A DNA stretch of 64,000 nucleotides from Kiritimatiellia bacterium (lineage in GTDB: Bacteria; Verrucomicrobiota; Kiritimatiellia; RFP12; JBMNHG01). Both the position numbers and the translations under genes were made by a program. A model generated the notes under the pieces. The model made no database searches. It was not told where the DNA came from and saw only the letters and a program-made list of their open reading frames with translations. Below are positions 50,407 to 60,600 of the stretch, piece after piece (within the stretch, counting starts at the first letter, position 1; each line of letters begins with the position of its first letter). The stretch is taken from contig JBMNHG010000002.1 in the NCBI GenBank assembly GCA_050950285.1, forward strand, positions 824,654 through 888,653, written 5' to 3'.

Positions 50407-51097
50407 CGCCTGTGCTCCTGTACCTTTCCAAGAGCCCCCAAGCCCCCAAGAGCCTCTGCATTTCCATGAAGACGCCGTTTTCTACAACAGCCTTGCGCAG
50501 ACGGATGCGCACCGAAGGAACCTGCCCCATTGGCAACAAGGACATGTGTGGTGCTTTGTGACGTGGCGTCTCGCCGATTCTTTGCCAAAGGCGAAGTTGG
50601 ATCAATGGAATGCAAATCGCAACGCATGGCTCACACAAAACCCCAAGCCTTGGGACGACGAAACCGAAGCCGCCTATCACGAAACATTCTCCCGCCTGAT
50701 CGATGAATGGCTGGATCAAGGCATCGGCTCGTGCGTGCTGCGAGATCCGGCCAACGCGAAAATCGTGGCCGACGCATTGACGCATTTCAATGGCGAACGA
50801 TACGAAATCGCCTCGTTCGTCGTGATGCCCAACCATGTGCATGTGCTGTTCCGCCCGCTTGGAGACCATCGGCTGCCGGAAATCCTGAAATCGTGGAAAG
50901 GCTTCACGGCGCGGGAAATCAACAAGAGGATGGGGAAGACGGGGACTCTTTGGCAAGATGAGTATTGGGATCGGCTGGTTCGCAGTGAACGACACTTCTT
51001 CAAGGTGGCGGAATACATCCGCCAAAATCCGAAAAGCAACGGGGCACAAGGCAAAGGGGCACGGGTTTTCCAACCCGTGGAGGTGAAAGCGCCATGA
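50324..51097 (+). CDS. rayT: REP-associated tyrosine transposase (RAYT, HUH/Y1 family)
   Basis: RRNLPHW, FVTWRLADSLP, VVMPNHVH (HUH), SWKGFTA..IN, LWQ.EYWDR..R, catalytic YI..NP; flanked by REPs. Confidence 0.93.
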   Translation: MNKSVHASESETTDKNVRAPKNVRAPRNACAPVPFQEPPSPQEPLHFHEDAVFYNSLAQTDAHRRNLPHWQQGHVWCFVTWRLADSLPKAKLDQWNANRNAWLTQNPKPWDDETEAAYHETFSRLIDEWLDQGIGSCVLRDPANAKIVADALTHFNGERYEIASFVVMPNHVHVLFRPLGDHRLPEILKSWKGFTAREINKRMGKTGTLWQDEYWDRLVRSERHFFKVAEYIRQNPKSNGAQGKGARVFQPVEVKAP

Positions 51098-51188
51098 ACA
51101 AGAGCGTCCATGCGTCTGAAAGTGAAACCACGGACAGGAATGTCCGTGCCCCCAGGAATGTCCGTGCCCCCAGGAATGTCCGTGCCCC
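51041..51188. repeat. REP/REPIN unit downstream of RAYT (direct repeat of 50283-50406)
   Basis: 51053-51176 matches 50283-50406 with 4 mismatches; three 18-nt GAATGTCCGTGCCCC units. Confidence 0.95.
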
Positions 51189-51219
51189 AGCATAAAACAT
51201 CTTGCGAAAGGACGCCCCC

Positions 51220-54159
51220 ATGCCCAAACCCACCGAACATAAGACCGTGCAATCTCGGCTTCTGGCATACGCGCAGGAGATCGGGTGGACGTATGTGCCG
51301 AGGGCTGAGGCGGAGGCGCGGCGCAGGTTCGATCCCGGCGGTGCGACACAAGAGGAGCGGGCGCGGTCGGCATCGCTTTTCTTCGGCGAACGCCTGCATG
51401 CGCAGGTGTGCGCGTTCAATCCGCAGTATCGCGAGACCGAGGGGGCGCTGGTCGGTGAGTTCCAGCGGTTGCACAGCGATATCTACGGCAATCGGAATTT
51501 TTTGGAGGTGCTGCGCAACCGGCGCACCTTTTTCTGCGAGGAGGAGCGGCGTGAGTTGGATCTGACCGTGATCGACTACGGTGACCTCGACCGACCGCAT
51601 GACGCGCGGCGCAACGTGTATGAGGTGACCGAGGAGTTCGTGGTCAGCAACAGTCGCTTTACCACACGCGAGGACGTGGTCTTTCTCATCAATGGCATCC
51701 CCGTGCTTTTCGTGGAGTGCAAGAACGCGACCAAAAGCGAAGCTGTCGCCTTGGGCGTGGATCAGATCCGGCGTTACCACACCGAGACGCCGGAAAGCAT
51801 GGTGCCGCAGATGCTCTTCACGGCAACCGAGGCGATCGGTTTTGCGTACGGCGTGACGTGGAATACGGTGCGGCGCAATATCTTCAACTGGAAAAGCGAG
51901 AAAGCCGGCAACCTCGAAGCGAAAGTGAAGGCGTTCTGTGCGGTGCCGCATGTGCTACGGCTGCTGCGGGATTTCATCGTGTTCGCGGAGAAGGATGAGG
52001 AGCTGCAGAAAATCATCCTGCGCCAACATCAGGCGGCAGCCGTGGATCGGGCCGTGGCGCGGTGTTTAGACCCGATTCGCACGCGCGGGTTGGTCTGGCA
52101 CACGCAGGGCAGCGGCAAGACCTTCACCATGATCAAGGCGGCGGAGTTGCTCTTCAGAGCCCCTGAGGCGGAGAAGCCAACGGTGCTGCTGCTGATCGAC
52201 CGCAACGAATTGGAAGACCAGATGCTCAAGAATTTGGCGTCGGTGGGTCTGGGCAACGTGGCGCACGCGGACTCAATGGCGGCGCTGGTTCGTCTGCTGC
52301 GCTCGGACTACCGGGGGATCATCGTGACGATGATCCACAAGTTCCGCGACATGCCGGCGAACCTCAACACGCGTCCGAACATCTACGTGCTCATCGACGA
52401 AGCGCACCGCACCACCGGCGGCGACCTCGGCACCTTTTTGATGGCGGGGCTGCCCAACGCGACGTTCATCGGCTTTACCGGAACGCCGATAGACAAAACC
52501 GCCTACGGTCGCGGCACGTTCAAGACCTTCGGCTGTGAGGATGACAAGGGATATTTGCACAAGTACTCCATTGCGGAGAGTATCGCGGACGGCACGACCT
52601 TGCCGCTCTACTATGGCATGGCGCCGAACGAGATGCTGGTGCCGCACGAGGTGATGGAGGAGGAGTTTCTCGCTTTGGCCGAGACCGAAGGGGTGTCGGA
52701 TGTCGAGGAACTGAACCGGATTCTCGACCGGGCGGTGAATCTCAAGAACTTCCTTAAAGGCAAGGAGCGTGTGGCGCAGGTGGCGGCCTATGTGGCCGAG
52801 CACTACCGGACGAATGTTGAGCCCATGGGCTATAAGGCCTTTCTGGTGGCGGTAGACCGCGAGGCGTGCGTCTTCTACAAGGAGGCGCTGGACACACTGC
52901 TGCCACCGGAGTATTCGGAGATCGTCTTCACAGGCAACAACAATGATCCGCCGCATCTTAAGCGCTGGCATCTTGATCCCCAGCGCGAGAAGCATATCCG
53001 CAATGACTTCAAAAAGCCGGACCAGACACCCAAAATCCTGATTGTCACCGAAAAGCTGCTGACCGGGTTCGATGCGCCGATCCTCTACGCGATGTATCTG
53101 GACAAGCCTATGCGCGATCACACGCTTTTGCAGGCAATCGCACGAGTGAACCGTCCCTACGAAAATGAGGCGATGGAGAAGGTCAAGCCGCATGGCTTCG
53201 TGTTGGACTTCGTGGGGATCTTCGACAAGCTCTCCCGGGCACTGGCCTTCGACAGCAAGGAGGTCGACGCCATTGTCAAAGACATCCGGCTGTTGAAGCA
53301 GCTCTTCAAAGCCAAGATGGAGTCTGTTGCTCCGGCTTATCTGGCGCTGATCGAGCGGTACTTTGACGACAAGGACGTCGACAATCTGATTGAACATTTC
53401 CGTGACAAAGAGCGACGCAAGACCTTCTTCCGGGAGTACAAAGAGATTGAGACGCTCTACGAAATCATTTCGCCGGATGCCTTCCTGCGACCGTTCATGG
53501 ACGATTACGCGACGCTTTCAAACATCTACGAGGTGGTGCGCAACACCTATGTGCGTCGGGTGTTTGTGGACCGCAATTTCCTGGGCAAGACCAACGAACT
53601 GGTGCAGCAGCATATTGGCGCGACGATGGAGGTCGGGGCGGAGTCGGTCAAAGTGGGCCTGGAGATGCTCGAAGCGATCCGGCACACGAACGCGGGGAAG
53701 GCCACCAAGGTCATCAACCTGATCAAGGCGATTGAGAAGCAGGCGGCGAAAGAGAGCGACGACCCATTTTTGATTGCTCTGAGTGTGCGGGCTCAAGCAG
53801 TGTTGGAGAAGTTCGAGGACCGCCAACTCACAACCGAGGAAGCACTGGAGGAGCTACAGCGCGAGATCGAAAAGGAGGAGAGGCGCAAGCGCGAGCAGGC
53901 GAAGCGCGGAATGGACAGCCTGACCCACTTCGTGTTCTGCAAGTTAGAAGAGAACGGCATCCCGAGCGCCGAGGAGGTGAGCCGTCAGGTGGCTGCCGCC
54001 TTTATCCAATACCCGAATTGGCGCGACAGCGAGGCGGAGTTGCGTGAACTGCGTAACCACGTTACTTTTGCTCTAGTCGCGGTCGAGGACGATTTTGGAA
54101 AAGTGACAGCCATCGTTGAAGCTCTGTTTTCGCTTCTTTGCAGGGAGGGCCGGTCGTGA
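51220..54159 (+). CDS. hsdR: Type I RM restriction subunit
   Basis: D.VFLING.P...ECKN...QI.RY, HTQGSGKT, IDEAHR, GFTGTP, LLTGFDAP, LLQAIARVNR; AAGGA SD. Confidence 0.95.
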   Translation: MPKPTEHKTVQSRLLAYAQEIGWTYVPRAEAEARRRFDPGGATQEERARSASLFFGERLHAQVCAFNPQYRETEGALVGEFQRLHSDIYGNRNFLEVLRNRRTFFCEEERRELDLTVIDYGDLDRPHDARRNVYEVTEEFVVSNSRFTTREDVVFLINGIPVLFVECKNATKSEAVALGVDQIRRYHTETPESMVPQMLFTATEAIGFAYGVTWNTVRRNIFNWKSEKAGNLEAKVKAFCAVPHVLRLLRDFIVFAEKDEELQKIILRQHQAAAVDRAVARCLDPIRTRGLVWHTQGSGKTFTMIKAAELLFRAPEAEKPTVLLLIDRNELEDQMLKNLASVGLGNVAHADSMAALVRLLRSDYRGIIVTMIHKFRDMPANLNTRPNIYVLIDEAHRTTGGDLGTFLMAGLPNATFIGFTGTPIDKTAYGRGTFKTFGCEDDKGYLHKYSIAESIADGTTLPLYYGMAPNEMLVPHEVMEEEFLALAETEGVSDVEELNRILDRAVNLKNFLKGKERVAQVAAYVAEHYRTNVEPMGYKAFLVAVDREACVFYKEALDTLLPPEYSEIVFTGNNNDPPHLKRWHLDPQREKHIRNDFKKPDQTPKILIVTEKLLTGFDAPILYAMYLDKPMRDHTLLQAIARVNRPYENEAMEKVKPHGFVLDFVGIFDKLSRALAFDSKEVDAIVKDIRLLKQLFKAKMESVAPAYLALIERYFDDKDVDNLIEHFRDKERRKTFFREYKEIETLYEIISPDAFLRPFMDDYATLSNIYEVVRNTYVRRVFVDRNFLGKTNELVQQHIGATMEVGAESVKVGLEMLEAIRHTNAGKATKVINLIKAIEKQAAKESDDPFLIALSVRAQAVLEKFEDRQLTTEEALEELQREIEKEERRKREQAKRGMDSLTHFVFCKLEENGIPSAEEVSRQVAAAFIQYPNWRDSEAELRELRNHVTFALVAVEDDFGKVTAIVEALFSLLCREGRS

Positions 54160-54476
54160 GCGGAGGCGGCGAAAGGGAACGTTTCAAGGCACGGGTCTTG
54201 GCGTGGGCGGACAAGCTGGGCGTCAAGGCGCATGCGGTCTACATCCGACCGATGCGGCGCAAATGGGCGTCCTGTTCCACGACCGGCACGTTAAGCTTCA
54301 ATGCTGATTTGGTTGGGATGGACACGGCGCTTGGCGACTATGTGATCGTGCATGAACTCCTGCACTTCTCGGTACCCAATCACGGCAAACTCTGGAAAAG
54401 CTTGATGCGAGCCCATCTTGGCGATTACGAAGCTTCCGAAGCGGCATTGAAACAGTGGGTTCCCGACAAGGCCTAG
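54156..54476 (+). CDS. Short YgjP/M48-like metallopeptidase-domain protein
   Basis: M..KWASCS..G.LSFN..L....DYVIVHELLH..VPNHG..W; GTGA overlap with hsdR. Confidence 0.88.
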   Translation: MSGGGERERFKARVLAWADKLGVKAHAVYIRPMRRKWASCSTTGTLSFNADLVGMDTALGDYVIVHELLHFSVPNHGKLWKSLMRAHLGDYEASEAALKQWVPDKA

Positions 54477-54506
54477 AAAGTTGCGGAGGAACACGAAAGG
54501 GCACCG

Positions 54507-54564
54507 TTGCTTGCAGGTGCGCAAGCGTCTGCTTGCCCGTGTTTCATGGGTGCGCCCATGCCAC
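54507..54564. repeat. Degenerate copy of the 32588-32646 REP doublet
   Basis: Shares TTGCTTGCA.GTG, TGCCCGTGTTTCATGGG and CGCCCATGCC.C with 32588-32646. Confidence 0.7.
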
Positions 54565-54644
54565 AAAAGCCCCCGTGCCATGCCCCCAAAAACCTTCGCG
54601 CCCTTCGTGTAAGAAACAACGTGGTTTGAGAAAGATGCCGAATC

Positions 54645-55433
54645 ATGAGTGCCATTGCAGACGCAAAGCAGGAAGAAATCAAGAGGCGACTTCGTGAGAT
54701 CGGGCGCACCGAGGGCGTTCGTATCCTCTACGCATGCGAATCGGGCAGCCGCGCGTGGGGCTTCCCCTCCGCCGACAGCGACTACGACGTGCGTTTCATC
54801 TACGCCCATCCGACCGAGTGGTATCTGTCGCTCGAGACCGGCCGCGACGTGATCGAGCGCCCGATTAACGATGATCTCGACATCAGCGGCTGGGACATCC
54901 GCAAGGCGCTCAATCTCTTCCGCCGTTCCAACCCGCCGCTATTGGAGTGGCTCCAGTCTCCCATCGTCTACATGCGCGCGCCGGGTTTCGTCGAGCGGAT
55001 GCGGGAGCTGATGGTCACGCACTATGATCCCCGCGCCTGCATGCACCACTACCTGCAGATGGCGCGCGGAAACTGCCGCGAATTTCTCAAGGGCGAGCGC
55101 GTGAGAACCAAGAAATACTTCTACGTGCTACGCCCCGTCCTCGCCTGCCTCTGGCTCGAGCAGGGACGCGGCCCCGTGCCGACCCTCTTCCAAACACTGG
55201 TGGATACGCTTGTGCCTGAGGGTGAGCTGCGGGACACGATCAACGAGCTGGTGGAACGCAAGCGGAACGACCGTGAAGTGGCCGACGGCCCCCCGATCCC
55301 GGTCTTCAACGAATTTCTCGGTTCGCAGCTTTTACGCCTGACGCAGAGCACCCGGCAGCTCACAAAGGCGGGCACCAGGGATGTCGAAGAACTCGATGCC
55401 TTCTTCCGCGCCACCATCGGCTACAGGGAGTAA
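54645..55433 (+). CDS. Pol-beta-superfamily nucleotidyltransferase (YcgL/RlaP-like)
   Basis: LYACESGSRAWGFPS.DSDYDVRFIY, RDVIE, GWD.RKAL.L...SNP.L.EWL.SP, KKYFYVLRP. Confidence 0.9.
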   Translation: MSAIADAKQEEIKRRLREIGRTEGVRILYACESGSRAWGFPSADSDYDVRFIYAHPTEWYLSLETGRDVIERPINDDLDISGWDIRKALNLFRRSNPPLLEWLQSPIVYMRAPGFVERMRELMVTHYDPRACMHHYLQMARGNCREFLKGERVRTKKYFYVLRPVLACLWLEQGRGPVPTLFQTLVDTLVPEGELRDTINELVERKRNDREVADGPPIPVFNEFLGSQLLRLTQSTRQLTKAGTRDVEELDAFFRATIGYRE

Positions 55434-55651
55434 GGGCCGGAGCGAAGCGGTGGCGCAACCCCCGGCGGTTCGGTACAAGGCAAAGCAGGCATTCTTGCTC
55501 AACCGGCCAAGCGGGGTTATGGGCGTCGAGTGCGTGCCTTGTGCGTCCGCAACCGGAAGCGTGGACTCTTCTGTTTCGCCATCTCCACCTTCACCAGAAA
55601 TACACGACTTCCCCACACACCTGCCGCCAGCCGATTCCCCGCGAAGGGAAT

Positions 55652-55681
55652 TTGACATTTCTCCGCCCGTCCGGCTACTCT
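55652..55681 (+). promoter_or_regulatory. Candidate sigma70 promoter
   Basis: TTGACA-18 nt-TACTCT about 80 nt upstream of the sialidase-like gene. Confidence 0.5.
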
Positions 55682-55762
55682 TTCCGCAGATGGTTCGTGG
55701 GAACAGACGGCGGATTGCGTCTGGCGACCCATCTGCTGCCCGACGAGGAGACTGGACGAAGG

Positions 55763-56806
55763 ATGAATACCCGAATCAGGCTGGTCCACTGCGACACGCT
55801 AAGCTGCGAACCGATCTTGCGGAGGACGCCGGACGGCCACTTGCTGTGCGTCAGCCAATGTGGCGACCTCTACGAACCGGCCCCCGGAAACCGCGTTTAT
55901 GCCTTCCGGAGCGAGGATCAGGGGGAGAGCTGGCATCGCGTCGGCTCCGTGTACCCCGAGACGGGCGAGGCGGTCTATGCTACCGAGGTGATGGTGCTCG
56001 ATGGCGTGGCCAGCGCCTTCCTGCAGGTCCACAGCGGCCGTTTCCTCAACATGCGGTGTGTCGTCATGCAGAGCCGGGACGGCGGCCTGACCTGGACGGA
56101 TGCCGGCGCGCCGCCGCACTTCCCGACCTTCTGCTTCATGCGCGGCATGCTGCCGTTGGGCAACGGCGAGATCCTCCTCGCGTGCCAGTACTTTCCCGTT
56201 TCGCAGGAGGAGAACGCCCGGCTGGTGATCGCCAGCCACAATATCGCGAACCCCGTTCACCAGAAGGGCGTCTGGGACGCCGCCGTCGATCACGTTGGCA
56301 ACGACGTGATCATCAGCGCCGACCGCGGCAAGACCTTCGAGCGCTTCGCCGGGCCAAGGATTCCCATCAAAGGCACGACCGGACGAGGCTGGGCCTGGAC
56401 CGAACCGACCCTCGCGCCGCTGGCGGACGGAAGGCTGGCCATGCTCTTGCGCGTGGACGGAAGCGGCCGCCTGTGGCGCAGCGAGTCGCCGGATCTCGGC
56501 CGGACCTGGACCGAGGCCGTGAAGACGGACATCCCCAATCCCGGCAACAAGCCGAAGCTGATCCCGATGCCGGACGGGCGTATCGCGCTGATCCACACGC
56601 CGAATGCCACCCCCGGCTTCACGAACCGCCACCCGCTTTCGCTCTGGATCAGCGACGACGGTCTTGCCTCCTTCACGGACAAGCGGGTGGTGACCGACTT
56701 CCCGGGCAACTACTGCTACCCGGACGGATTTTTCGAGGATGGACATATCCTGTTCACGATCGAGATCAACCGCCACGAGATTCTCTTTTTTGACTGCGAG
56801 GTGTGA
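55763..56806 (+). CDS. BNR/Asp-box beta-propeller (exo-alpha-sialidase-like)
   Basis: Asp-boxes SEDQGESW, SRDGGLTW, SADRGKTF, SPDLGRTW, SDDG; EP and YP motifs; no signal peptide. Confidence 0.85.
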   Translation: MNTRIRLVHCDTLSCEPILRRTPDGHLLCVSQCGDLYEPAPGNRVYAFRSEDQGESWHRVGSVYPETGEAVYATEVMVLDGVASAFLQVHSGRFLNMRCVVMQSRDGGLTWTDAGAPPHFPTFCFMRGMLPLGNGEILLACQYFPVSQEENARLVIASHNIANPVHQKGVWDAAVDHVGNDVIISADRGKTFERFAGPRIPIKGTTGRGWAWTEPTLAPLADGRLAMLLRVDGSGRLWRSESPDLGRTWTEAVKTDIPNPGNKPKLIPMPDGRIALIHTPNATPGFTNRHPLSLWISDDGLASFTDKRVVTDFPGNYCYPDGFFEDGHILFTIEINRHEILFFDCEV

Positions 56807-56821
56807 ACGAAGGCGCCAGGA

Positions 56822-57427
56822 ATGAAAACAGAACCCATGCCATCGGCGTGTTCCACCCATGCATTCGCAGGCGACGCCGCTACCGGCCGTCCGGCCGCGT
56901 GGGCCCAGCCCGTCAAAATGGCAGGTGTCCCCAATCTGCACCAAGTCAATCCAAGCCTGTACCGCAGTGCCCAGCCCTCCGCCCTCGGCATGAAAAATCT
57001 CAAGGCGAACGGAATCGAAACGATCATGAATCTCCGCTCCTTTCATTCCGACAGGGACGAGATTGGCAGCACCGGACTCGGATACGAGCATATCTACATG
57101 AAAGCCTGGCATCCGGAACGGAAGGAGGCTGTCCGATTCCTCCAGATCGTCACCAATGAAAAGAGAACTCCCGTCCTCGTCCACTGTCAGCACGGTGCGG
57201 ATCGCACCGGGGCGATGTGCGCCTTGTACCGCATCGCGGTCCAGGGCTGGACAAAAGAGGAAGCCATTCGCGAAATGATCGACGGCGGCTTTGGCTTCCA
57301 TGCGATTTGGGACAACCTTCCCGACTGGATCGAGGCATTGGATATCGAGGCCATCAAGAAGGATGCGGGAATCGAGACAAGCGCAAAAACAAACTCCTGC
57401 AGGCGAAAGCCGAAAGACCGCGGCTGA
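56822..57427 (+). CDS. Protein-tyrosine/dual-specificity phosphatase family protein
   Basis: PNLH.V...LYRSAQP, PVLVHCQHGADRTG (CX5R). Confidence 0.92.
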   Translation: MKTEPMPSACSTHAFAGDAATGRPAAWAQPVKMAGVPNLHQVNPSLYRSAQPSALGMKNLKANGIETIMNLRSFHSDRDEIGSTGLGYEHIYMKAWHPERKEAVRFLQIVTNEKRTPVLVHCQHGADRTGAMCALYRIAVQGWTKEEAIREMIDGGFGFHAIWDNLPDWIEALDIEAIKKDAGIETSAKTNSCRRKPKDRG

Positions 57428-57672
57428 GGCGTGACGTTCCGCATGCCCTGCAATCAGGTCGAGGCGCTGCGGGGATGACGGGTGGCATGCGAGAATCGGC
57501 GCACCTGTCAAGGACAAGGCTCCCAAACGGGCCAGGATGGCGCCCAGGGGCATTCCCTTTGCGAAGTCGCCCCAAAGCAACCGGGATCGAGCGGATTTTT
57601 CGGGATTGATTTTTGCTCGCAGGCAAAGTTTGCCACGTGTATACTTTGCGCTTTCAACCCGGTTCAACACCC

Positions 57673-60600
57673 ATGATTATCCGATTCTACAGATTACGGT
57701 CCCTGTTTCACGGCGCGCTGCTGGCGGGCTGTGCCGCCCTGTTGTTGCCGGCCGCCGGGAGCCGGGCGGCACCGTCGGACGAGGCGGCGCTCTGGCGGCG
57801 GGCCGGAGATGTCCGCGGGCAGGAAAGGCGCGGAGCGGTGGTCCGGGAGTTGCGGGAGGCAGGACGGGCCCACCGCAGGCGGGCCGCCGCACGGGCGCGC
57901 CTGCTGAAGCTGCCCCTCCGCGAGGAGCTGCCCGATGGACGGGTGCGCGAGATCATAGGGTGGGAGGGCAGACGCCCGCTCTACTATACCACCCTCAATG
58001 CCAACGCCGCCATCAGCACCGGCGCCAACCTCCTGCGGGCGGAACCCTACCTGGCCGACGGCGCGGGCTGGACGGTCGGCATCTGGGATGGCGGCAGCGT
58101 CCGCACCACCCATCGCGAATTGACGGGCCGCGTCACTTCCATGGACGGCGCATCCCCGGACTATCACGCCACGCACGTCGGCGGGACCATCGCCGCCACC
58201 GGCGTGACCGCCACCGCACGCGGCATGGCCATCGCCGCGCACATCGACAGCTACGACTGGAACGACGACAGCAGCGAGATGTCCTCCCGCGGAGCGTCGT
58301 ATGGCGGCGAACCGGGGAAAATCGCGCTCTCGAACCACAGCTATGGCTATATTTCGGGCTGGGATCGCACCGGCTCCCCCTCGCCGGCCTGGATCTGGTA
58401 TGGCTCGGGCACCACGGCGGCGGGCTTCGAAGAGGAGTTCGGGAAGTACAATTCCTATGTCCGCAACATCGACTCGCGCGCCTACAGCCTGCCCTATTAC
58501 CTGATCTTCTGGGCGGCAGGAAACGACCGCTCCGACAATCCCTCCGCCGGCGCCAAAGTGGCGCTCGACCCCAACGACCCCTACACGGTCGTCGCCTATG
58601 ATCCGGCGCAGCATCCCGGCGGCGACGGCGCCTACCGCGGCGGCTACGAGAACATCGCCTTCGAAGCGCTGGGCAAGAACGTCGTGTCCATCGGCGCGGT
58701 CAAGGACGCCGTCACCGGCGGCGCGCGCGACCCCGCCAAGGCCGCCATGACCACCTTCTCGTGCTGGGGGCCGACGGACGACGGGCGCATCAAGCCGGAC
58801 CTGGTCGCCAACGGCTACTCGCTCTATTCCAGCACCTCGTCGGGCGACGCCGCCTACGCCACCATGAGCGGCACCAGCATGGCCACGCCCAACGCCACCG
58901 GCACCGCCCTCCTGCTGCTGGATCTCCACGGCAGGCTCTTCCCGGGGCAGTACCTGCGGGCCAGCACGCTCAAGGGGCTGCTGATCCACACCGCCGACGA
59001 CCTCGGCACGCCGGGGCCGGACTACGGCAACGGCTGGGGATTGATCAACGGCCTGGCCGCCGCCGACCTGCTGGCCGCCATGCAGGCCGACCCCGCCGTG
59101 CCGCGGATGATCGAGCAGCAGCTCACCACCCTCGTCACGACGCGCTCGCACCCCTTCACCTGGGACGGCGTCTCGCCCATCCGCGTCACGCTCTGCTGGA
59201 CCGATCCCGCAGGCGTCGCGACAACGGCGGCCGACTCCCGCACCCCGCGGCTGGTGAACAACCTCGACCTGCGCGTCACCGGGCCGTCGGGCTCGGTACA
59301 CCTCCCCTGGGTCATGCCCTTCGTCGGCACGTGGACCCCGGAGTCGATGTCGGAACCCGCCACGACCGGCACCAACGACACCGACAATGTCGAGCAGGTG
59401 TACATCGCCGACCCGCCCGTGCCCGGGGAATATCAGGCGGTCGTATCCTTCAGCGGCCTGCTGTCCAACAGCCCGCAGCACTACTCGCTGCTGGTTTCCG
59501 GCGCCACGAGGAGTCCGCCGGATCCGCAAACGCTCTCGCCCGACTGCGCCGAGACCGGCGGCCAGAGCGAGCTGGCCATCACCGGCGAAGATTTCGCCGA
59601 AGGCGCCACGGCCGTCTTCTACCGCGACGGCCAGCCGGAGGTGGCGGCGACGGTTTCCAACGTCACGCCCACCGCCATCGCCTGCACGCTCGACACCACG
59701 GCGATGGTGCCGGGAGCCTGGAGCCTGCGCGTGACCAATCCCGACGGCAAGACCGGCACGCTCGCGGGCGCCTTGGCCGTGGTCGCCACGCTGCACGGCC
59801 AATCCTTCGACGCCGGCGCACCGGGATGGAGCGCCACGCGCACCACCGGCACCGGTTCTCCCGGATGGATCCTGACGACGGCCCAAAGCCACTCGCCGTC
59901 GAACGCCTACTTCTGCCCGGGGCCGGCGCAAAGAGTGACGGACAACCTCATTTCCGAACCCTTCGCCCTCTCCGCCACGGCCCAGCGGCTGCGCCTGCAT
60001 TTCTGGCACACCTACGACATGGAGACGTGCGACGGCGGCCTGCTCGAGGTCTCGCCGGACGACGGTGCCACCTGGTACGAAATCGGAGCCGCAGGCTCCG
60101 GCGCCTCCTTTGTGCAGGGCGGCTACACCACCACGATCGCGCGACGGTTTTTCACATCCAACCGATACGCCGAACTCTACGGCAAACCGGCCTGGACCGG
60201 CAGCGGCGGCAGCCAGTTCGCGGAGGTCGTCGTGGCGCTGGACACGGCGGTCTACGGCGGAGCCACGCTGCGCGCGCGCTGGCGGTTGAGCACGGACAAC
60301 AGCACGGCCAGCCCAGGCTGGCATGTCGACAGCGTGCGGATCGCCGGCTACGACACGGCCAATGCCGCGCCGATCATCGTCGCGCAGGCTGCGGCCGATC
60401 CGACGAACGTGACCGGTACCGCCACATCGCTGAGCGTATCGGCCATCGACGATGGCGGCAGCGCGGCACTGGCCTACACCTGGTCGGCCGACGCGCCGCC
60501 GGAGCATCCGGTCGCCTTCGCGGCCAACGGCACCAACACCGCCCGCCAGACCACCGCGACCTTCTCCGCCCCCGGCAGCTATCCGTTCCTGGTGACCGTG

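Noticed and set aside
49769..51373. 534-aa minus-strand ORF across the repeats and RAYT
   Set aside because: Antisense to RAYT and hsdR; open because the repeats are 3n and stop-poor; no recognisable domain
55432..55475. attC-like half site after the nucleotidyltransferase
   Set aside because: Only a right-arm-like sequence ending GTTCGG; no matching left arm or AAC box
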